Made by a program: the position numbers and the translations under genes
In this document: positions 29,734 through 39,703 of the stretch, one piece after another
Layout: the number at the start of each line of letters is the position of its first letter
Numbering within the stretch: the first letter of the stretch is position 1
Notes under the pieces: model-generated
Told to the model about the DNA's origin: nothing
The model's input: the letters and a program-made list of their open reading frames with translations, nothing else
Database searches by the model: none
NCBI GenBank assembly: GCA_964450945.1
Contig: CAYVHI010000003.1
Location: forward strand, 2,191-66,190
Direction of reading: 5' to 3'
DNA from: an uncultured Rickettsiales bacterium
GTDB taxonomy: Bacteria; Pseudomonadota; Alphaproteobacteria; Rickettsiales; JABDBP01
Length of the DNA stretch: 64,000 nucleotides

Positions 29734-30159
29734 ATGAAAATTGCCATTGGTTCAGACCACGCCGGAGTGGAACTAAAAAATAAAATAAAAGAGAAGCTAA
29801 AGAAGTTTGGTGAAGTGATTGATTGTGGCACCAACTCTTCCGATTCTGTTGATTATCCTGATTATGCAAGTAAGGTAGCGCAGGAAATAATTTCCGGCAA
29901 AGCGGTAAAAGGCGTTCTTATCTGCGGTTCGGGAATTGGTATGTGTATTGCTGCCAACCGCCATAAGGGAATACGTGCGGCGCTTTGCCATAATTCTGAA
30001 ACGGCAAAACTCTCCCGCCAGCATAATGATGCAAACATACTTGTACTTGGCGCCAGGACTGTTGATGAAAGCAATAACCTGCAGGCTGTGGAAGCCTTCT
30101 TTACTACGGACTTTGAAGGCGGAAGGCACCAACGCCGCGTGGAAAAAATGAGTAAATAA
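29734..30159 (+). CDS. rpiB: Ribose-5-phosphate isomerase B
   Basis: 'KIAIGSDHAG..LK', 'G.LICG.G.G..I.ANR..GIRAA', 'AR.HNDAN.L.LGAR'. Confidence 0.9.
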   Translation: MKIAIGSDHAGVELKNKIKEKLKKFGEVIDCGTNSSDSVDYPDYASKVAQEIISGKAVKGVLICGSGIGMCIAANRHKGIRAALCHNSETAKLSRQHNDANILVLGARTVDESNNLQAVEAFFTTDFEGGRHQRRVEKMSK

Positions 30160-30160
30160 T

Positions 30161-30255
30161 TTTTACCCATGCGGTATTGTTTCCGTGAAGGTTTACTAAC
30201 TTTCACATGGAACGATGCTTCGCTGGCTCAGGGCTGGCGGGTTTACTAACCCGCC
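30161..30255 (+). repeat. Family-2 double-hairpin intergenic repeat, full copy
   Basis: Hairpin 1 is 30185-30206 ('gtgaaggtt-tact-aactttcac'). Spacer is 'atggaacgatgcttcgctggctcagggct'. Hairpin 2 is 30236-30255 ('ggcgggtt-tact-aacccgcc'). Confidence 0.7.
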
Positions 30256-30377
30256 TTAAAAAACCTCCCTCTTGCAAAACGCTTTAAAACCCTCTAAAAC
30301 AGGCTCCCAATAACAATTTATTGGAGTTTATGATGTTTTTTTCAGCAGCAAAAAAGAAAATCGAAGGAAGCGAAAAT

Positions 30378-31679
30378 ATGTTTTTTGAAACCGGACTTGC
30401 ACAGGCGGACCCTGAACTGAATAAGGCAATAGAAGGCGAGCTTAAACGCCAGCAGAACCAGATTGAGCTTATTGCTTCTGAGAATATTGTGAGCAAAGCG
30501 GTGCTTGAAGCACAAGGTTCCGTGCTTACCAATAAATATGCAGAAGGTTACCCAGGTAAAAGATATTACGGCGGCTGCCACGAAGTTGATAAAGCGGAAA
30601 CGCTTGCCATAGAGCGCTCAAAAGAATTATTCAGCTGTAAGTACGCAAACGTGCAGCCAAATTCAGGATCACAGGCAAACCAGGGCGTGTTCAATGCGCT
30701 CATCCAACCGGGCGATACTATTCTTGGCCAATCACTTGCTGCCGGTGGACATTTAACCCACGGCGCAGCACCTAACCAATCAGGCAAATGGTTCAAGGCT
30801 ATCCAATATGGTGTAAGAAAAAATGATTCACTGCTTGATTATGAAGAAATGGAAAAGCTTGCGCGCGAAAATAAACCAAAATTAATTGTTGCCGGATTTT
30901 CTGCCTACCCAAGAATCGTAGACTGGAAAAGATTCAGGAAGATCGCAGATGAAGTTGGTGCTTACCTGATGGTTGATATGGCTCACGTTGCAGGGCTTGT
31001 GGCTGCCGGTGCTTACCCATCACCGATCCCATATGCACATGTTGTAACCACCACTACGCATAAGACACTGCGTGGACCAAGGGGTGGATTGATACTTTCC
31101 AACTATCCTGAACTAGTGGTGCGTAAAACCCCTACCGGAAAAGATGTTACGCTTGAGCAGGCAATTAATTCAGCCATATTCCCTGGTATACAGGGCGGCC
31201 CGCTAATGCATGTTATCGCCGCAAAAGCGGTTTCATTCGGTGAGGCGCTGAAACCTGATTTCAAAACCTATGCAAAGCAGGTTGTTGAAAATGCACAGGC
31301 GCTGGCAGAAACTCTGAAGAAACGTGGCCTTGATATTGTTACCGGCGGTACTGATAACCATATAGTGCTGGTAGATCTGCGCCCGAAGAAACTGACCGGC
31401 AAAGATACCGAGGAAAGCCTGGAAAGAGCAGGGCTTACATGTAATAAGAACGCCATACCTTTTGACCCGCTGCCACCAGTGAAAACTTCAGGCGTCAGAC
31501 TTGGCACGCCAGCAGGAACCACAAGAGGTTTCAAGGAAAATGAATTCAAAAAAATTGGTGAACTTATAGGTGATGTGCTGGATGGTTTGGCAGCAAACCC
31601 GGCAGATAATTCTGCAGCAGAGAAAAAAGCTTTAGTGCAAGTTGCTGAATTATGTGCTAAATTCCCTATCTATGGGTAA
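30378..31679 (+). CDS. glyA: Serine hydroxymethyltransferase
   Basis: Start moved to the ATG preceded by 'aggaag'+7 nt. '[31 protein letters not shown]', '[14 protein letters not shown]'. Confidence 0.95.
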   Translation: MFFETGLAQADPELNKAIEGELKRQQNQIELIASENIVSKAVLEAQGSVLTNKYAEGYPGKRYYGGCHEVDKAETLAIERSKELFSCKYANVQPNSGSQANQGVFNALIQPGDTILGQSLAAGGHLTHGAAPNQSGKWFKAIQYGVRKNDSLLDYEEMEKLARENKPKLIVAGFSAYPRIVDWKRFRKIADEVGAYLMVDMAHVAGLVAAGAYPSPIPYAHVVTTTTHKTLRGPRGGLILSNYPELVVRKTPTGKDVTLEQAINSAIFPGIQGGPLMHVIAAKAVSFGEALKPDFKTYAKQVVENAQALAETLKKRGLDIVTGGTDNHIVLVDLRPKKLTGKDTEESLERAGLTCNKNAIPFDPLPPVKTSGVRLGTPAGTTRGFKENEFKKIGELIGDVLDGLAANPADNSAAEKKALVQVAELCAKFPIYG

Positions 31680-31803
31680 AAATCATTCTAATTAGTGATT
31701 TTGGCGTTGCATTAATTTTTTTTAATTCTCACGTACGTTTCTAGGTACGCTCGAATTAAAAAAAACTCTGCTCCTAAAACTCCCTTAATTATAATGATTT
31801 TTA
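31677..31803 (+). repeat. Family-1 nested-hairpin intergenic repeat, copy F
   Basis: The left arm 'taaaaatcattctaattag' starts at the glyA TAA (31677-31679). The right arm 'cttaattataatgattttta' ends at 31803 (one mismatch, one bulge). Core is 'ttctcacgtac-gtttctag-gtacgctcgaa...gctcctaaaact'. Confidence 0.75.
31777..31803 (+). other. Coordinate overlap zone of the two outer arms of family-1 copy F (see the repeat feature 31677-31803)
   Basis: Placeholder giving the span shared by arm coordinates: left arm 31777-31795, right arm 31784-31803 as read from the sequence lines. The left-arm numbers are inconsistent with a left arm that abuts the glyA stop at 31677-31679. Treat the full element span in the next entry as authoritative and re-derive the left-arm coordinates from the sequence. 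Confidence 0.2.
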
Positions 31804-31827
31804 GAAATCATTAGAAAGAGGCTACTT

Positions 31828-32292
31828 ATGAAATGTCCGTTCTGCGGTTTTGAAGATACACAAGTGAAGGATTCCAGGCCTTCAGAAGATGGCATGTCTA
31901 TCAGACGCAGAAGGTTCTGCCCAAAATGTGAATCACGCTTCACCACATTCGAGCGGGTGCAGATACGTGAGCTGGTCGTTATAAAAAAGAATGGCGAAAG
32001 GAAGCCTTTTGACCGAGAAAAACTTGTGCGCTCTATAGAACTGGCGGTAAGGAAACGCCCTGTTACAACTGAACAGGTTGATATGGCGGTAAATAATATT
32101 GTGCGCGATTTGGAAAGTATGGGAGAGAGCGAAATAAACTCTACGGTTATAGGCGAAGCGGTGATGAAAGCGCTTTCAAAACTTGATTCTGTTGCTTATG
32201 TCAGGTTTGCTTCCGTTTATAAAGATTTCCGTGAAGCAAAAGACTTTGAAGATTTCGTAGAACGCCTAGGCTCAAAAAAATCCAACGCTTAA
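31828..32292 (+). CDS. nrdR: Transcriptional repressor NrdR
   Basis: 'MKCPFCG..DT.V.DSR....G..IRRRR.C..C..RFTT.E' zinc ribbon plus ATP-cone. Confidence 0.95.
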   Translation: MKCPFCGFEDTQVKDSRPSEDGMSIRRRRFCPKCESRFTTFERVQIRELVVIKKNGERKPFDREKLVRSIELAVRKRPVTTEQVDMAVNNIVRDLESMGESEINSTVIGEAVMKALSKLDSVAYVRFASVYKDFREAKDFEDFVERLGSKKSNA

Positions 32293-32294
32293 AA

Positions 32295-33395
32295 ATGAAT
32301 TCTCCTGATGAAAAATTCATGCACCAGGCACTCTCGATTGCCCGGCGCGGCGTTGGCAACACCTGGCCCAATCCTTCTGTTGGCTGTGTAATTGTAAAAG
32401 GTGCAACCATAATAGGGCGTGGCTGGACAGCGCAAGGTGGCAGGCCACATGCCGAGGCTATAGCGCTTGACAGGGCAGGCAAGGAAGCAAAAGGCGCGAT
32501 AGCCTATGTAACGCTTGAACCCTGCTGCCACCACGGTAAAACCCCACCATGCACAGATGCATTGATACGCGCCGGAATAGTGCGCGTAGTGATCGGCGCG
32601 ATTGACCCAGACAAGCGCGTTGCCGGAAAAGGTGTGGAAGCTTTAAAGAAAGCAGGCATTGAAGTTGTAACAGGTGTGCTTGAGCAGGAAGCGGAGGAAT
32701 TAAATGCAGGGTTCTTTAAAAGAATAAAAGAGGGCCGGCCATATATAACGCTAAAAATGGCAACCACACTTGATGGAAAGATAGCTCTCTCAAACAAGGA
32801 AAGCCGGTGGATAACCGGTGAGGATGCGAGGAGTTTTGCCCATGCTTTGCGTTCACGGAATAACGCCATAATGGTTGGCAGCGGCACAGTGGCAGCAGAT
32901 GACCCTGAGCTTTCCTGCCGCCTTCCTGGCCTTGAAGACCGCTCACCCGTGCGGGTTATTGTTGATAGCAACCTGAAAATTCCGCTCTCCAGCAAACTTG
33001 TGAAAACCGCGCAGAATATCCCGCTCTGGATCATCACGCTGGCAAAAAACAAGAAGGAGAAGAATTGGAATTTATTAGCTGAAAAAGGCATCAAACTGAT
33101 AGAGGTATCTGACCGGAAGGGTCGTCCGAAACTAACAGATGCCATGGAAGAACTTGGAAAACTTGGTATCAACCGCCTGCTGGTTGAAGGTGGAAGTTCA
33201 CTTGCCACATCGCTCCTGAAAGAAAACTTGGTTGATGAAATTATAATGATCCAGGCGCCGAAAATTATAGGTAATGATGGGGTGGCGGCAATAGGGGATA
33301 TGGGCTTTTCTTCGCTTGAAAAAATTACCAGATTTAAAATTGTCTCCACCCAGCTGATAGGCGAAGATACTGTTAAGATAATGAAAAAGGTTTAG
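32295..33395 (+). CDS. ribD: Riboflavin biosynthesis bifunctional deaminase/reductase
   Basis: 'NP.VGCVIV', 'HAE..AL', 'YVTLEPC.H.GKTPPC', and a C-terminal reductase domain 'TLDGKIA'. Confidence 0.95.
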   Translation: MNSPDEKFMHQALSIARRGVGNTWPNPSVGCVIVKGATIIGRGWTAQGGRPHAEAIALDRAGKEAKGAIAYVTLEPCCHHGKTPPCTDALIRAGIVRVVIGAIDPDKRVAGKGVEALKKAGIEVVTGVLEQEAEELNAGFFKRIKEGRPYITLKMATTLDGKIALSNKESRWITGEDARSFAHALRSRNNAIMVGSGTVAADDPELSCRLPGLEDRSPVRVIVDSNLKIPLSSKLVKTAQNIPLWIITLAKNKKEKNWNLLAEKGIKLIEVSDRKGRPKLTDAMEELGKLGINRLLVEGGSSLATSLLKENLVDEIIMIQAPKIIGNDGVAAIGDMGFSSLEKITRFKIVSTQLIGEDTVKIMKKV

Positions 33396-33451
33396 TTCTT
33401 TATCCAGGTCGCTCTGAGCTTGTAGCTCAACCGCTCCCGCGTAATAATCTC

Positions 33452-33754
33452 CTAGAACTTATAGAAATAGGTGTAGAGGATATTTCTTAAGAGATAGAGC
33501 AGCGCGAATAATATAATCGGGGAAAGATCGATACCGCCAAGGTCGCCTAAAATACGGCGGGTTACCTTCCTTATTGGCCTGATAACCGGCTCCACCAGGC
33601 GGTAAAGTATTTCATTCACCTTGCGGATAAACGGATTATAATCATTCACTATTTTAAAATAGCTGAGCCAGCCCATGATTATCCAGATAATGATAACCCA
33701 GATGTAAAAGCTGATGAAAAAAGAAATAAAATCTATAAATGGGTTGATGTTCAT
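33452..33754 (-). CDS. YggT family membrane protein
   Basis: 100-aa protein with 'P.I..V..IT.P.L.P.R....LGG.D.SP....ALL'-like sequence. Confidence 0.75.
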   Translation of the reverse strand: MNINPFIDFISFFISFYIWVIIIWIIMGWLSYFKIVNDYNPFIRKVNEILYRLVEPVIRPIRKVTRRILGDLGGIDLSPIILFALLYLLRNILYTYFYKF

Positions 33755-33798
33755 GAGATGTTTTATATTCTATTTAATGTAAATTGGGAAGGTACTAA

Positions 33799-34221
33799 AT
33801 GTTTACATGCACCATAAGAGTTGAATGCGATGTCGCAAAAAGGCTTGCAGAATTTATTGGCCCGTGCAGTAACCTGCATGGTTACCATATTGCCATAGAG
33901 GCAACTTTCACCAGTAAGAAGCGTGGAAAATCAGGTGAAGTTATAGATTATTATAAGCTGAAGGAGCTGCTGGGGAACTGGATAAATAAAAACTGGGACC
34001 ACAACACGCTCTTAAATAAAAAAGATAAAAAACTCGGTGATGCAATTTCCAACATAACCGGCCAGAAAGTTTTTTACTTTGATGGTGACCCATCTGCCGA
34101 AAATATAGGTGAATATGTCTTAAAGGAAGTTTGCCCAAGGCTGTTTTCAAAACTTGGTGTTACATGTATAAATGTGAGGGTTTATGATAACCCAGGCGCC
34201 TTTGTAGAAGCTATGGGGTAG
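33799..34221 (+). CDS. queD: 6-carboxytetrahydropterin / 6-pyruvoyl-tetrahydropterin synthase family (QueD-like)
   Basis: 'C.NLHGYH' catalytic Cys-His motif, 'DHN.L', 'SAENI', 140 aa. Confidence 0.75.
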   Translation: MFTCTIRVECDVAKRLAEFIGPCSNLHGYHIAIEATFTSKKRGKSGEVIDYYKLKELLGNWINKNWDHNTLLNKKDKKLGDAISNITGQKVFYFDGDPSAENIGEYVLKEVCPRLFSKLGVTCINVRVYDNPGAFVEAMG

Positions 34222-34223
34222 GC

Positions 34224-34320
34224 TTTTTATACCCATTCGGTATGTTCCCTGCAAAGTTTTCTAACTTTGCAATGGAACGGTGCTTCGCACACTCATGGCT
34301 GGCAGGTTTTCCTAACCTGC
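34224..34320 (+). repeat. Family-2 double-hairpin intergenic repeat, full copy
   Basis: Hairpin 1 is 34250-34271 ('tgcaaagtt-ttct-aactttgca'). Spacer is 'atggaacggtgcttcgcacactcatggctg'. Hairpin 2 is 34302-34320 ('gcaggtt-ttcct-aacctgc') and abuts the pdxH stop. Confidence 0.7.
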
Positions 34321-34919
34321 TATGGATATAACATAATTATTTGCCACTTACCTTTCTCATCCTTGCTGTAAAGATGGCGCTGGTGAAGGCGGCTTTCGCC
34401 TTCCTGCCAGAATTCTATTTTTTCTGGCACCAAACGGAAACCTGACCAGTGCTTTGGCCGTGGAATATCATCACCAAGTTCCGCTTCCATAATATCAACC
34501 TGTTCTATGAACGCCCGGTAATCCTTTAAAACCTCAGACTGGCGGGAAGCAATCGCCCCAAGCCGGCTTCTTGGATGGCGGGAATTAAAATAAGCATCAG
34601 CCTCTTTTTCGGTAACCATTATTACCTCTCCCTCAATACGTATCTGCCTGCCTAAAGCCTGCCAGTAAAAACATAGTGAAGCATATGGGTTATTAAGAAG
34701 TTCCTTGCTTTTGCGGCTGCCAAGGTTGGTGAAGAAACAAAAACCCCTCTCATTATATTTTTTGAGGAGAACCATGCGGGCTGAAGGTTTTCCATCTTTG
34801 GTGGATGTGGCAAGGCACATGGTGGAGGCATGTTCTTCGCCCAATTCTTTTGCTGCGTTAGAATACCATTTTGAAAAAAGCTGGAATGGATTTTTACTTC
34901 CTTGTGATTTCATCCCCAC
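34320..34919 (-). CDS. pdxH: Pyridoxamine 5'-phosphate oxidase
   Basis: 'A..LAT....G.PS.R.VLLK......F.F.TN..S.K', 'IE.WQ....RLH.R..Y'. Confidence 0.9.
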   Translation of the reverse strand: MGMKSQGSKNPFQLFSKWYSNAAKELGEEHASTMCLATSTKDGKPSARMVLLKKYNERGFCFFTNLGSRKSKELLNNPYASLCFYWQALGRQIRIEGEVIMVTEKEADAYFNSRHPRSRLGAIASRQSEVLKDYRAFIEQVDIMEAELGDDIPRPKHWSGFRLVPEKIEFWQEGESRLHQRHLYSKDEKGKWQIIMLYP

Positions 34920-35304
34920 TTACACCTTTCTCACTTTTTTCGTCTTTTTCTATAAGATTTATCGTACGCCAGTTTATTCTGAAGCCAAAACCTTCCAGCC
35001 TTCCTGAACAGGAGATGGCATCATCTTTGCGCGGAAATTCTGCTATCACAACCTCCTGATTATCGATTCTTGTGTGAATAAAATTTGCATGCCCGGGAAA
35101 TCTGGATAACCCCTGATTGATAAGTGAAACAAATTCCTTTACAGACATTCCATCATTAAATTCCCTGCCGCTTAAAGGCATCCTTACACACCAGGTTTCT
35201 CCTCTGCCATCATCTGATAATAGCGTTGGAGTAAAAAAGGTTGCACGCATGCCGCTTACGACCTTAGCATAATCTTCGATTGTTCTTGGAGTTGTTTTAC
35301 TCAT
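34894..35304 (-). CDS. Hypothetical protein (136 aa)
   Basis: ORF only. Its 3' end overlaps the pdxH start by 26 nt. Confidence 0.4.
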   Translation of the reverse strand: MSKTTPRTIEDYAKVVSGMRATFFTPTLLSDDGRGETWCVRMPLSGREFNDGMSVKEFVSLINQGLSRFPGHANFIHTRIDNQEVVIAEFPRKDDAISCSGRLEGFGFRINWRTINLIEKDEKSEKGVSGDEITRK

Positions 35305-35374
35305 TTTCTTTAACCTTATTTTAATGAATATAAATATTTTATAAAGTATGTTCCATAATTAAAATTAATAAAAT

Positions 35375-37378
35375 ATGAATAGACGAAATAAACCACAAAA
35401 ACTCAGAATTACCTCAGATTTCCAGCCGGCTGGCGACCAGCCGACCGCTATTGCTGCGCTTGTTGGGGGGCTAAAGAAGAAAGAGAAGGACCAGGTTTTA
35501 CTGGGGGTTACAGGTTCAGGGAAGACCTTCACCATGGCGCATATAATAGAAAAAACCCAGCGTCCGGCGCTTATTTTAGCACCAAATAAAACGCTTGCCG
35601 CCCAGCTTTATGGGGAGATGAAAAGCTTCTTCCCGGAGAATGCGGTGGAATATTTTGTTTCATATTATGATTATTACCAGCCGGAAGCCTATATCCCCAA
35701 AAGCGATACATATATCGAGAAAGATTCTTCAATAAATGAGCAGATAGATTTGCTCCGCCACTCTGCAACGCGTGCGCTGCTTGAAAGAAGAGATGTGATT
35801 GTGGTGGCCTCCGTTTCATGTATCTATGGCCTAGGGAGTCCGGAACTTTATTTGCAGATGGTGGTGCCACTAAAGAAAGGTGACAGGATTTCTATTTCAT
35901 CACTGGTTAAAAAACTGGTGGAGATACAATATGAGAGGAATGATATAGATTTTCACCGCGGCACATTCCGTCTGCGCGGTGATAGCCTAGATATTTTTCC
36001 ATCACACTATCAGGACAGGGCGTGGAGACTTTCTTTCTTCGGAGATGATGTTGAAAACATATATGAGTTTGACCCGCTGACTGGAGAAAAAACTGATGAG
36101 ATGGAAGAGATTACAGTGTTTGCCAACAGCCACTATGTAACACCACGCCCAACAATGCTGCAAGCGATAGAGCTTATAAAAGAAGAACTGAAAGACCGGC
36201 TGAAATTTTTTGAGAAGAGTGGAAAACTGTTGGAAGCACAAAGACTGGAACAGCGCACCCAGTTTGATCTGGAGATGATTGTTGAGACAGGTGTTTGCAA
36301 AGGGATTGAAAACTATTCACGCTATCTCTCCGGCAGGAATGCCGGTGAACCACCGCCAACATTATTTGAATATCTGCCGAAAGATGCGTTGCTATTCATA
36401 GATGAAAGTCACGTGGGCGTGCCGCAGATTAACGGCATGTATAACGGCGACAGGGCAAGAAAGACAACACTGGTTGAACATGGTTTCCGCCTGCCTTCAG
36501 CGCTTGATAACCGGCCCTTAAAATTTGAAGAGTGGGAAAAGATGCGCCCACAAACTATTTATGTTTCTGCAACACCTGGCCCATGGGAACTGAAACAGAC
36601 TAGCGGAGAAATCGTTGAGCAATTAATAAGGCCTACCGGGCTTATCGATCCACCATGCGTAGTAAAACCTGCTGAAACGCAAGTGGATGATTTGCTTGCT
36701 GAATGTAATGAGGTGGTGAAGAAAGGTGGGCGCGTGCTGGTTACCACACTTACAAAACGCATGGCTGAAGATTTAACCCAGTATATGCAGGAAGCCGGGC
36801 TAAAGGTTGCCTATATGCACTCTGACATTGAAACATTGGAGCGCATAGAAATAATTCAAAATTTAAGGAAGGGTGAGTTTGATATACTGGTTGGGATAAA
36901 CCTGCTCCGTGAAGGGCTGGATATTCCTGAATGTATGCTGATGGCGATTTTAGATGCTGACAAAGAAGGTTTCTTACGCTCTGAAACTTCACTTATCCAA
37001 ACTATAGGAAGAGCTGCAAGGAACGTGGACAGTAAAGTGATACTCTATGCAGATAAAATCACCGGTTCAATGCAGCGTGCGATGGCAGAAACCGACCGAA
37101 GGAGAAAATTGCAGCAGGAATATAATGAAAAGTACGGCATTACGCCTGAGAGTATAAAAAAGAAAATTTCCGAAGTTCTTGATAGTGTTTATGAACAAGA
37201 CCATGTGACTGTGAAAGTTGATGATGAGATAAAACATCTTGATGAAAAGGCTTTAAAGAAACATCTGGATAAGCTGCATAAAGAAATGCTGAAATTTGCT
37301 GCTGACCTTGAATTCGAAAAAGCTGCAAAACTGCGTGATGAAATAAAGAAACTAGAACAGATGAAGCTGGCTGTCTAA
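35375..37378 (+). CDS. uvrB: Excinuclease ABC subunit B
   Basis: 'GDQP.AI..L', '[10 protein letters not shown]', '[10 protein letters not shown]', 'DESH', and a C-terminal UVR motif 'LEFE.AA.LRD.I'. Confidence 0.97.
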   Translation: MNRRNKPQKLRITSDFQPAGDQPTAIAALVGGLKKKEKDQVLLGVTGSGKTFTMAHIIEKTQRPALILAPNKTLAAQLYGEMKSFFPENAVEYFVSYYDYYQPEAYIPKSDTYIEKDSSINEQIDLLRHSATRALLERRDVIVVASVSCIYGLGSPELYLQMVVPLKKGDRISISSLVKKLVEIQYERNDIDFHRGTFRLRGDSLDIFPSHYQDRAWRLSFFGDDVENIYEFDPLTGEKTDEMEEITVFANSHYVTPRPTMLQAIELIKEELKDRLKFFEKSGKLLEAQRLEQRTQFDLEMIVETGVCKGIENYSRYLSGRNAGEPPPTLFEYLPKDALLFIDESHVGVPQINGMYNGDRARKTTLVEHGFRLPSALDNRPLKFEEWEKMRPQTIYVSATPGPWELKQTSGEIVEQLIRPTGLIDPPCVVKPAETQVDDLLAECNEVVKKGGRVLVTTLTKRMAEDLTQYMQEAGLKVAYMHSDIETLERIEIIQNLRKGEFDILVGINLLREGLDIPECMLMAILDADKEGFLRSETSLIQTIGRAARNVDSKVILYADKITGSMQRAMAETDRRRKLQQEYNEKYGITPESIKKKISEVLDSVYEQDHVTVKVDDEIKHLDEKALKKHLDKLHKEMLKFAADLEFEKAAKLRDEIKKLEQMKLAV

Positions 37379-38274
37379 CGGTGGAATGTATTTTTACCGC
37401 CGCCTGGGCCACCGCCACCAGGATTGCCACCACCTGGGTTGCCAGTGTTTCTGCCATCATAGATAGTGGCAAAATCATCCCCAACTTGGGCAAATTCAGG
37501 AATAAGCCTTGCCCTTATGGCATGATCAAAATTTGAAAAGCTGGTAAAATATTTCATAGGATTCTTAAGTTCTTCTACAACCATTGAAGTGAGTGCGGCA
37601 CGAAGTGCAGGAGAAAGAGAGTTTATATCTGCTTCTAAAACACTTGGATCAACGCGGTCCATCATATATTTTTTAAGAACGGCGCCTAAAAGATTCTGCC
37701 CTATGGAAATTTCACCTACCGCTTTTTCAGACCTATCAAGGTAAGCATCCACACCAACAGTATCTATGCAGGTTTTATGAGTGGAGAGGAATGGTATTGT
37801 CTCGCCAATCATGATTCTCCTCATCATTACAGGGAGTTTATCGCTTTGCCCTGCCGCCCGGCTTCTTTCAGCTATCTCACTATCAACAACAATGGAATAT
37901 GCGGCTCTTTTAGTGCTTGAATCAAGATCAACTAAATTAAGGCCAAAACTGTATCTGTGGGTTCCAGCAGGTAGACCAAGATACCTTGGGTCATCAGGAA
38001 TTCCGTTCTCAAAAAGTTTTGGCTGGATATAGAGCAGCAGGGGGTCGCGGTCATGGTATATTTCTTTCAGCAGGGCTCCTGTTGCTGCCATACCTGAGGG
38101 TGATGGAGGGAATAATGCTATCAGCGCATTAAAAACTCCATCGATAAATTGAACTGCCTCAGCAGAAGTCCTGGCTTTAGGGGCATTAAGATATTCCGGC
38201 CTTTTCAATACACTGAAAATACCATTCATTATCCCTGCTATAATCTGTTTTTCTATATGTGCATCATGTGGCAT
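37375..38274 (-). CDS. Orphan protein, paralog A (299 aa), Gly-rich C-terminus
   Basis: Shares 'APK/V...A...DG/N.F' and '[12 protein letters not shown]' blocks with the next gene. The C-terminus is '[16 protein letters not shown]'. Confidence 0.6.
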   Translation of the reverse strand: MPHDAHIEKQIIAGIMNGIFSVLKRPEYLNAPKARTSAEAVQFIDGVFNALIALFPPSPSGMAATGALLKEIYHDRDPLLLYIQPKLFENGIPDDPRYLGLPAGTHRYSFGLNLVDLDSSTKRAAYSIVVDSEIAERSRAAGQSDKLPVMMRRIMIGETIPFLSTHKTCIDTVGVDAYLDRSEKAVGEISIGQNLLGAVLKKYMMDRVDPSVLEADINSLSPALRAALTSMVVEELKNPMKYFTSFSNFDHAIRARLIPEFAQVGDDFATIYDGRNTGNPGGGNPGGGGPGGGKNTFHR

Positions 38275-38296
38275 AGTTTAAATATACGCCTATAAG

Positions 38297-38318
38297 GTTA
38301 AAAAACGGTAAATAAACT
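38297..38318 (-). promoter_or_regulatory. Shared 22-nt upstream motif, copy 1 (plus-strand 'gttaaaaaacggtaaataaact')
   Basis: Exact 22-nt repeat with 39209-39230. It lies 23-44 nt upstream of the paralog A start codon. Confidence 0.5.
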
Positions 38319-38329
38319 GGCAGTTTAGA

Positions 38330-39184
38330 TTAATCGCGCATTATATCATCAATGGCTGGGCCGGGCTTGTTAATATAGCTTTTAGCAAAATCCTTTGTGA
38401 GATTCCTAAAATCATTAGTAAGATGTGCTCCATCTTCGCCGCGGTGCATTAGGTTTGCTGCCATCTGCATTGGAAGCAGCTTTAATAGTAAAAGAACCTT
38501 TGGCAGTTCTTTTCCTAACTGTCCCTTAAGTTCTTTTGCTTCCTGCTGGATAATTTCTGTTGGAACGAGATCAATTAAAACCTTATCTGTAATTGCTGCT
38601 ATCATTTCATGGCCGGCCATTATCTCACCTACCGCTTTCTCGGATCTGTTTTCCATATAATCCATGGGTATAGATTGCATGCAAGTTGCCTTTAACCCGG
38701 CATGGATAAGGATTTCGTGAAAACTGATCAGCCTTAGGATTACCGGTGTAAGATCACTCTTTGAACCATCATGATCTTCCAAACCTTTGGAAATTTCAGT
38801 ATCAATTACCATCCCCATGTTGCTGGCTGGTGGAAATGTAGAATTACTTCCATAGTAAAAAAATGCCGTAGAGCCTTTTGATGAACCAAACTTACTGCCA
38901 AGCGCCATCACTCTTGGTGATGTTACGCCTGATTCATAAAGGCCTGCCTCATATAGGGTATGTTTGCGGTCAAAATAAAGTTGGTGGAGGAATTTTTTTA
39001 CATCAGGAGGGTAAAAGCCGCTCATATGAGTGAAAAGATTATCAAGCATACCTGCCGCCTGAACAGAAGATACTGGCGCCTTTATATACTCACTTGCATC
39101 CCCAAGCCTTTTTACAAAAAACTTTATAGCCTCGCCAACTATAAGTTTTTCCTGATAACCATCATTTTTTCTTTCAATTGTCAT
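38330..39184 (-). CDS. Orphan protein, paralog B (284 aa from the internal ATG)
   Basis: Start set at 'MTIERKNDGYQEK', which aligns with the paralog A N-terminus. Shared block '[15 protein letters not shown]'. Confidence 0.6.
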   Translation of the reverse strand: MTIERKNDGYQEKLIVGEAIKFFVKRLGDASEYIKAPVSSVQAAGMLDNLFTHMSGFYPPDVKKFLHQLYFDRKHTLYEAGLYESGVTSPRVMALGSKFGSSKGSTAFFYYGSNSTFPPASNMGMVIDTEISKGLEDHDGSKSDLTPVILRLISFHEILIHAGLKATCMQSIPMDYMENRSEKAVGEIMAGHEMIAAITDKVLIDLVPTEIIQQEAKELKGQLGKELPKVLLLLKLLPMQMAANLMHRGEDGAHLTNDFRNLTKDFAKSYINKPGPAIDDIMRD

Positions 39185-39208
39185 ATTAGGTAATAATAAA
39201 ATATTTAA

Positions 39209-39230
39209 GTTAAAAAACGGTAAATAAACT
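39209..39230 (-). promoter_or_regulatory. Shared 22-nt upstream motif, copy 2
   Basis: Identical to 38297-38318. It lies 25-46 nt upstream of the paralog B ATG and 9 nt upstream of the divergent 39239 ATG. Confidence 0.5.
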
Positions 39231-39238
39231 ACACTGGC

Positions 39239-39703
39239 ATGAAAATTGCTTCTTATTCCAGCATGATAGGAAGCGTTCAAAATAACCTGTATGCACTGGC
39301 ATCGAAAAGCGGTGTTCAGTTTGCTAACAAAGAATATGAAGATGGCAGCAATTTCTTCGGAAAAGACGGTCTTACAATTGGCGATGCCATAGATGCAATA
39401 AACCCGCTTAACAACCTGCCGGTTGTTTCAAGTTTTTTCGGTAATGATGAATCCCCCGCTTCTAAAATTGCCGGCAGTGCTCTTTATGGTGGACCGCTTG
39501 GCGTTGTTGCCTCGTTATTTAATTCATTTGTTGAAGGTGAAACAGGAAAAACTTTTGCAGATCATATAATTGCACTATTTGACAACAAGCCTGATGCTGA
39601 AGAAGCGGCCAGCAAATATGCCAAAGTGCAAAATTTCAATGAAGAAGTGAGCCAGGTTAAGGCAGAAGTACCAAAGTTTAATGTATTAGGTATTTCAGTA
39701 TAA
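39239..39703 (+). CDS. Hypothetical protein (154 aa)
   Basis: ORF only. Divergent from paralog B. No signal peptide or motif recognised. Confidence 0.4.
   Translation: MKIASYSSMIGSVQNNLYALASKSGVQFANKEYEDGSNFFGKDGLTIGDAIDAINPLNNLPVVSSFFGNDESPASKIAGSALYGGPLGVVASLFNSFVEGETGKTFADHIIALFDNKPDAEEAASKYAKVQNFNEEVSQVKAEVPKFNVLGISV

Noticed and set aside
30160-30377. Possible ZTP (pfl) or other riboswitch in the 218-nt glyA leader, prompted by 'ctggcgggtttactaacccgcc'.
   Set aside because: The same sequence recurs at 34224-34320 and 15003-15042 in non-leader, 3'-end contexts. It is therefore a dispersed repeat (family 2), and the ZTP consensus pseudoknot partner is absent.
33396-33451. Small hairpin 'tgagct-tgt-agctca' between convergent ribD and yggT, as another repeat-family member.
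   Set aside because: It bears only a vague resemblance to family 2 ('gctctgagc'). It is probably just a short bidirectional terminator-like hairpin, and the evidence is too weak to assign it.
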